64,000 bases of DNA, taken from a virus. Its lineage: Duplodnaviria; Caudoviricetes. This document shows positions 59,651 to 64,000 of this stretch, one piece after another. The DNA lies in IMG/VR virus record IMGVR_UViG_3300042256_000025. One strand, written 5' to 3'. Positions within the stretch are counted from its first letter, which is position 1. Each line of letters opens with the position of its first letter. A program made the translations under genes and the position numbers. The notes under the pieces are model-generated. The model was not told the DNA's origin, ran no database searches, and saw only the letters and a program-made list of their open reading frames with translations.

Positions 59651-59740
59651 GAGTAAAATTCCTATGGTTGTTTAAACGTATATGACGTCTGACAGTTGCG
59701 TCATTCAACTATCATGTCGACATACGATAGTGGAAAACTG

Positions 59741-60991
59741 TTAATTAGAGGGCGCAGGTAGCCCCTTAGGTGCATCTGCAGCATTTGCCAGTACACCGTC
59801 GAGGTTCTTATAGCCAGATTTGGCATATTCGTAAGCCATAACCAGGACACGGTATCCTTCTTTGACACCGATTTGGTTTAGTTTACCGCTGTTAGTGGCC
59901 ATACGGCGAATACCCGTGATAACCTGGGTAGCAAGTTCTTTATTAGGTTTATCAGATACAGCCCGAGCGATGAGTGTAGACAGTATGTTTTCCAGTGAAC
60001 CCTGTAGAGCACCTACAAATTTTTCCATCTTACGGACTTCGTTTTTCTTACCCATCATGATTTTTGACAGGTTAGTACCGCTATCACAGACACCAATGAC
60101 GCCTGGGCCAGTCGGTGCCTTGATCTCTACCTTATCGGACTTGTTTTCTACCTCAACCAATTCTACCTTTGCAACAGTATTGTAATCACCTTTGGTATAA
60201 GCAGTGAGGAGTAGACGGCGACCTTCGCCAGGGAGGTCGAGTCCATACCCTTCTTTCATTTCCTTCAACCCCAATGCCTTTACAGCACCTTGGTTCCACA
60301 GGGCGGCGGAATTGGAGAAGACCTGATCAATATTAACGTTCTCATTGTTCCGCAGTGCTAAGATTTTACTGTTGATTATTTTTGAGAACTCTACAGAGAG
60401 ACGGTTAAGTTGTTCGTTGGCAACCACGTCATTTACAATAGCCGCCGCTTGGTTAACCAAACTAACGACCTCTGTGTCGCCTTTACCCTCTAGACTGAAG
60501 AACCCATACTTACTGGATTTCAGGGTTTTCTCCTTAGGGTTACCTTTGGCGTCTTTCGCCTTCTCCTTGAGCGCACGGAAGGCCTTATCCATACGACCTA
60601 CGTTTGAGATGTGCTGATCGAAGAACTTAATGGTCTCCGCAACCATCTTCTTCATGAATTCCCATACCGCATTAGCCATCTCTTTTATCTTCTCGACGAC
60701 TCCTTCCTGGGAGACCACTACAGTCGAAATCTCTTCCTGACTAAAGCCAAAGGGCGTCAAGGCAGAGGTAGCGACAATCTGACGCATGGTCTCGGTATAT
60801 TCACCCTGTATGTCGTCAGCCGACAGTGCAATAAGGGACTCCATGCTGTACTCACAGACATCCAGTGCGACCTCACATTCCACTAAAGCTCGCTCAGAGA
60901 CGACCGGAAGGGCATCGAGATTAACAGCATAGTCTTCGACTGCAACATTGTCAGTCAAGGAGGCGGTTAATACACGTTTAAGTGTAGACAT
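59741..60991 (-). CDS. Internal head protein paralog
   Basis: SME and SQE sites; EGVVEKIKEM.NAVWEF helix shared with 58346 and 6922. Confidence 0.7.
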   Translation of the reverse strand: MSTLKRVLTASLTDNVAVEDYAVNLDALPVVSERALVECEVALDVCEYSMESLIALSADDIQGEYTETMRQIVATSALTPFGFSQEEISTVVVSQEGVVEKIKEMANAVWEFMKKMVAETIKFFDQHISNVGRMDKAFRALKEKAKDAKGNPKEKTLKSSKYGFFSLEGKGDTEVVSLVNQAAAIVNDVVANEQLNRLSVEFSKIINSKILALRNNENVNIDQVFSNSAALWNQGAVKALGLKEMKEGYGLDLPGEGRRLLLTAYTKGDYNTVAKVELVEVENKSDKVEIKAPTGPGVIGVCDSGTNLSKIMMGKKNEVRKMEKFVGALQGSLENILSTLIARAVSDKPNKELATQVITGIRRMATNSGKLNQIGVKEGYRVLVMAYEYAKSGYKNLDGVLANAADAPKGLPAPSN

Positions 60992-61001
60992 TGTAGATTC
61001 C

Positions 61002-61517
61002 TTAAATTCCTTCGCGGCGTTTGTCGATCATGCCGCATAAACGTGAAAGGGTGTAGTAGGCGTTAAGACCGTGTAGCCATTCACTGGGGGTATGGGGTTC
61101 GAGGTGACGAATATAGGAGAACTCGGTGCCCCGTCCGTAATCCCCATGCTCACGCTGCCACCGCTTGACGTAGTCCGCTTCACGGCGACGCAGTTCATTC
61201 AAGAGCCGCAGTGTTTGCCGGGGGCCAATCGGGGTAGGTTTCAAACGCCCATAAAACTCGGGTGAAGACAGCATACGGCCGGTTTCCAGTCGCTCCACTA
61301 GATCCATCGCCAGGTCAAAGAATTCATGGGCCTGAATGGTAATCACCTCATCGCCAAAGTGCTTCTTATCCTGATCAAATATAGAACGTGCACGGCGCAT
61401 GACTTTCAGACCATCCAGAATGTCCGCCATGGAATATTCGTAGCCTGGCTGTTCTAAAGGTGCACTGTAGAGCTCACACAGACGCTCCCAGTCCACTGGA
61501 TTGGTTACAATATTCAT
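61002..61517 (-). CDS. Conserved virion-operon protein
   Basis: 171 aa, TGATG-coupled to the previous gene. Confidence 0.65.
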   Translation of the reverse strand: MNIVTNPVDWERLCELYSAPLEQPGYEYSMADILDGLKVMRRARSIFDQDKKHFGDEVITIQAHEFFDLAMDLVERLETGRMLSSPEFYGRLKPTPIGPRQTLRLLNELRRREADYVKRWQREHGDYGRGTEFSYIRHLEPHTPSEWLHGLNAYYTLSRLCGMIDKRREGI

Positions 61518-62416
61518 CAGTGACCCTCTTCAATATCCTCGATCTTCGCCGCGATCTTGTTGAGGAGGTTATTGTAATAATCCAATTGACGGCGCAGTTT
61601 CTCTTGCTCAGCCGGATCATCGGTGTTATCCAACTTACGGCGCAGGAGCAACAGGGTAACCTGGAGCTTGTCTTTCTGCTCTTTCGCTTCTTCCAAGCGC
61701 TTGGCCAGGTAAAGGTTGTAGGTACGGCCCAGTGCAAAGACCAAACCACCCACCACCGGCATCAGGTTGGACTGATAGGGATCCAGTTCTCGATTGCCGC
61801 GGGCCAGGGTATCATGGGTCTCAGGTTTGAACTGTACGTTCTTGAGTTTACCAATCACGTTACGGAAGTCCGCGACCTTCACTGCCAGGGTATCCAACAT
61901 GATTGCAAACATCGTCATGTTGTCACGGTCCATGACGTACTCGACATCCATACGGTCAACCGCTGATACCATATCCGGATCCGTAATCAGGCGATTTGTC
62001 ATCACCAGAATCAGTTTACGGGCATAGGTGTTAAAGAAGAAGAGGCCATCCAGATACCGCAGCATGTAAAGTTTCTGATAGTCCAGTGCGTCTTGCAGTA
62101 CCACCGGGCCATAAATCTTTTCAATGTGATCCAGGAACTCACCTTCTTCCTTGATACGGGCGTCGGTTAGCGTGCGTACCAACGTCACAACGTCACCCCG
62201 ATAGTCCTTCACCCGCTGGCGCAGGACCATATCAAGACCTTTAAAGTCAGCCTTCATCAGGTCAGCCATTGCACGGGTATCAATGCCGTACATCTCATTG
62301 GTGATGCGGAGCTCTTTAAAGGCACCCGATGCAGCTTCAACCAGTCGCTTCTTTTCAAAGTTGGGCAGTAGGGACATAAAGAACCCTTTCAACCCCCGTT
62401 CATTTTGCTTACTCAT
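61517..62416 (-). CDS. Inner-body protein (phiKZ gp90-like)
   Basis: LLPNFEK N-terminus and C-terminal coiled coil (DP....R...Y); size and synteny. Confidence 0.65.
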   Translation of the reverse strand: MSKQNERGLKGFFMSLLPNFEKKRLVEAASGAFKELRITNEMYGIDTRAMADLMKADFKGLDMVLRQRVKDYRGDVVTLVRTLTDARIKEEGEFLDHIEKIYGPVVLQDALDYQKLYMLRYLDGLFFFNTYARKLILVMTNRLITDPDMVSAVDRMDVEYVMDRDNMTMFAIMLDTLAVKVADFRNVIGKLKNVQFKPETHDTLARGNRELDPYQSNLMPVVGGLVFALGRTYNLYLAKRLEEAKEQKDKLQVTLLLLRRKLDNTDDPAEQEKLRRQLDYYNNLLNKIAAKIEDIEEGH

Positions 62417-62426
62417 TATTCACTCC

Positions 62427-63482
62427 TTACAGTGACGGGGCTTCGCCCAGCTTATAGGCCTTCAGAATAGCATTGATATCCATGGAGCCAGCATTACTAC
62501 CATGCTTCTGGATATCGGCAAAGGTGTATGTGCCGTAGTTATCAATACCACGCTGATAGATCGTCAGGCGCTCTTTACGGGAATCCACGACACAGAGTAG
62601 CATAGAGTGGGTGGTCTTGAAGTACTCCATACGGGTACGGCCTGACTTCAGCTTACCCTTAAGTGCTACCTCGAGTTCTTCCGCAGCGGCCTGGGTGATG
62701 ATCGCCATGGTAGACGCGGTGTTAACGGACTTGTCCCCACCGCTTACGACTTGATCGATAATGGATTTGAATCGGCGAGAGCGCGCCGTCTTATAAATGT
62801 CGGCCTCATCATTGATTAGGGCCTTGCGGTCCTTTTCCAGTAGATCCAGACCGAACAAGTAATCCACGAAAGATTCGATTTCACCCGAGCGCCACTTATG
62901 GTAGCGACCTGCCATGCTGGTGTCTTCAGACGTCATCGCCAGTACCCGGGGAATAGAATCGGAGTTAATGATTTTCGGGTTCAATACCAAGGACACCGGA
63001 ATAGTAGTGGACTTATCCCCTACACCGATCTTAACGTGCATCAGGCGACCGACAGCCAGGTTCGCCTGTTCGTTCAATTCTTTCTGGCTGTAGTCTTCCT
63101 GTGAGACCGTAAAGAGCGGCAGGTCCATGGACTCCATGCCACCGGCAATATTCGCTGCGGAACGCGCTAACACCCGTCCTGCATCACGGTCTGTTGAGAA
63201 CTTATCCAAAAGGCTAATCGTATTGACGCCCATGACATTGACCGATACCGCCACCGCCTGTAGGTAGTGGGCGGCATATATGGATGACAGTGTCTGCATC
63301 AGGTTTTGCTGAACGTCATCGGGCAAAACCGTGATGCTGCGATCTACCAGTACAATGGGGTTCAGACGGGTAGACGACGTATATTCAGGTAAAGAATCGA
63401 CCCCTGAGTCGGCCATCGCCATCGCCAATTGGCGGGCGATCTTTTGAGGGGATACGAGTTTGGAGATATCAATGTTAACCAT
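62427..63482 (-). CDS. Inner-body protein (phiKZ gp89-like)
   Basis: SL.EYT..TR..PI.LVD, Y.AHYLQA, NLAVG, R.HKWR.GEI..F.DY.F..DL, DI..ILKAY..G..P; start placed at MVNID. Confidence 0.7.
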   Translation of the reverse strand: MVNIDISKLVSPQKIARQLAMAMADSGVDSLPEYTSSTRLNPIVLVDRSITVLPDDVQQNLMQTLSSIYAAHYLQAVAVSVNVMGVNTISLLDKFSTDRDAGRVLARSAANIAGGMESMDLPLFTVSQEDYSQKELNEQANLAVGRLMHVKIGVGDKSTTIPVSLVLNPKIINSDSIPRVLAMTSEDTSMAGRYHKWRSGEIESFVDYLFGLDLLEKDRKALINDEADIYKTARSRRFKSIIDQVVSGGDKSVNTASTMAIITQAAAEELEVALKGKLKSGRTRMEYFKTTHSMLLCVVDSRKERLTIYQRGIDNYGTYTFADIQKHGSNAGSMDINAILKAYKLGEAPSL

Positions 63483-63507
63483 GATGAACCTCAATGAGAG
63501 AAAAAAT

Positions 63508-64000
63508 ATGAGTAAAGCAATACGTGACATACTGGACGCCACTTCACTAGCACAGGGGTTCGGTAAAACCAGCGCGGCGACCGCCAACGTATTTAAAGGC
63601 ATTAACCATCGAGGCACCGGCAACGTCGTGCCGGCAAATGTCGATAATCAGGGGTTAACCTTTTTTACGAAACCCAATTTGAATTTGTCATACGATAACG
63701 TGCGGAGCGTGCGGCGCTTGAGCTTTCTAGCCAATGCGGGGGAACGTTCCCTGGGTGCAGTCATTCGCTGCCTCCTTTCCCCTCGGGTCGATTCCTTTAT
63801 AGATGGTCGTTGGTCACTGTCGCGATCAGGGGGTGATGATGTCAAAGATATACGTACTCCGCTGGTCGATGACCGTTATGCCTTTATTACACCGCTCTCT
63901 AACTTGCTGATCAGTATGTCAGGCTGGCCGGATACAAACATGGACAGTTTCATTACCAATGAGGGGATGCGTAAAGAAGTAACCGGGTGGATTGAATCAC
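63508..64000 (+). CDS. Virion structural protein (phiKZ gp88-like), partial
   Basis: Not in the ORF track because it runs off the window. MSKAIRDIL...GINHR...G.TFFTKPNLNLS..N...IRCLL.P...D....FI.PLSN.L.S.SGWPD. Confidence 0.75.
   Translation, partial: MSKAIRDILDATSLAQGFGKTSAATANVFKGINHRGTGNVVPANVDNQGLTFFTKPNLNLSYDNVRSVRRLSFLANAGERSLGAVIRCLLSPRVDSFIDGRWSLSRSGGDDVKDIRTPLVDDRYAFITPLSNLLISMSGWPDTNMDSFITNEGMRKEVTGWIES

Noticed and set aside
63483-63845. Upstream extension of the 62427 ORF to 63623, and the 63648..63845 ORF
   Set aside because: Both overlap, antisense, the conserved plus-strand gene starting at 63508.

Overview
This window is part of a phiKZ-like jumbo myovirus genome (Chimalliviridae-type; chimallin itself is not in the window). 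The right half follows the phiKZ core gene order: portal, RuvC-like resolvase, non-virion RNA polymerase beta-like subunit, major capsid protein, DnaB-like helicase, and the inner-head and virion cluster. Head proteins carry S/A-x-E protease sites, and AAACCTATATTAC early promoters recur on the minus strand. The middle holds a tail-fibre/receptor-binding module, a GH108 lysozyme and HU-like proteins. The left end holds early genes, an NAD+ ligase and an SF2 helicase. The main finding is the footprint of a multi-target diversity-generating retroelement (DGR). Six complete genes carry the same ~120-nt variable repeat, and a seventh paralog is cut by the window edge before its repeat. In the repeat, 17 codons vary at positions 1-2 while position 3 stays C/T, which reconstructs an AAC/AAT-rich template (VWSSTENNSNNAWNLNFNNGNWNNNNKNNSNWVVPFR). 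Two targets are Mtd-like virion receptor-binding proteins followed by hairpins and a shared 89-nt structured element. The others are anchor-less CLec-type domains in an early-promoter cluster about 20 kb away. No reverse transcriptase or template repeat is visible in the window; they are predicted to lie elsewhere, plausibly just left of position 1. phiKZ gene-number equivalences come from recalled synteny and motifs, not from database searches.
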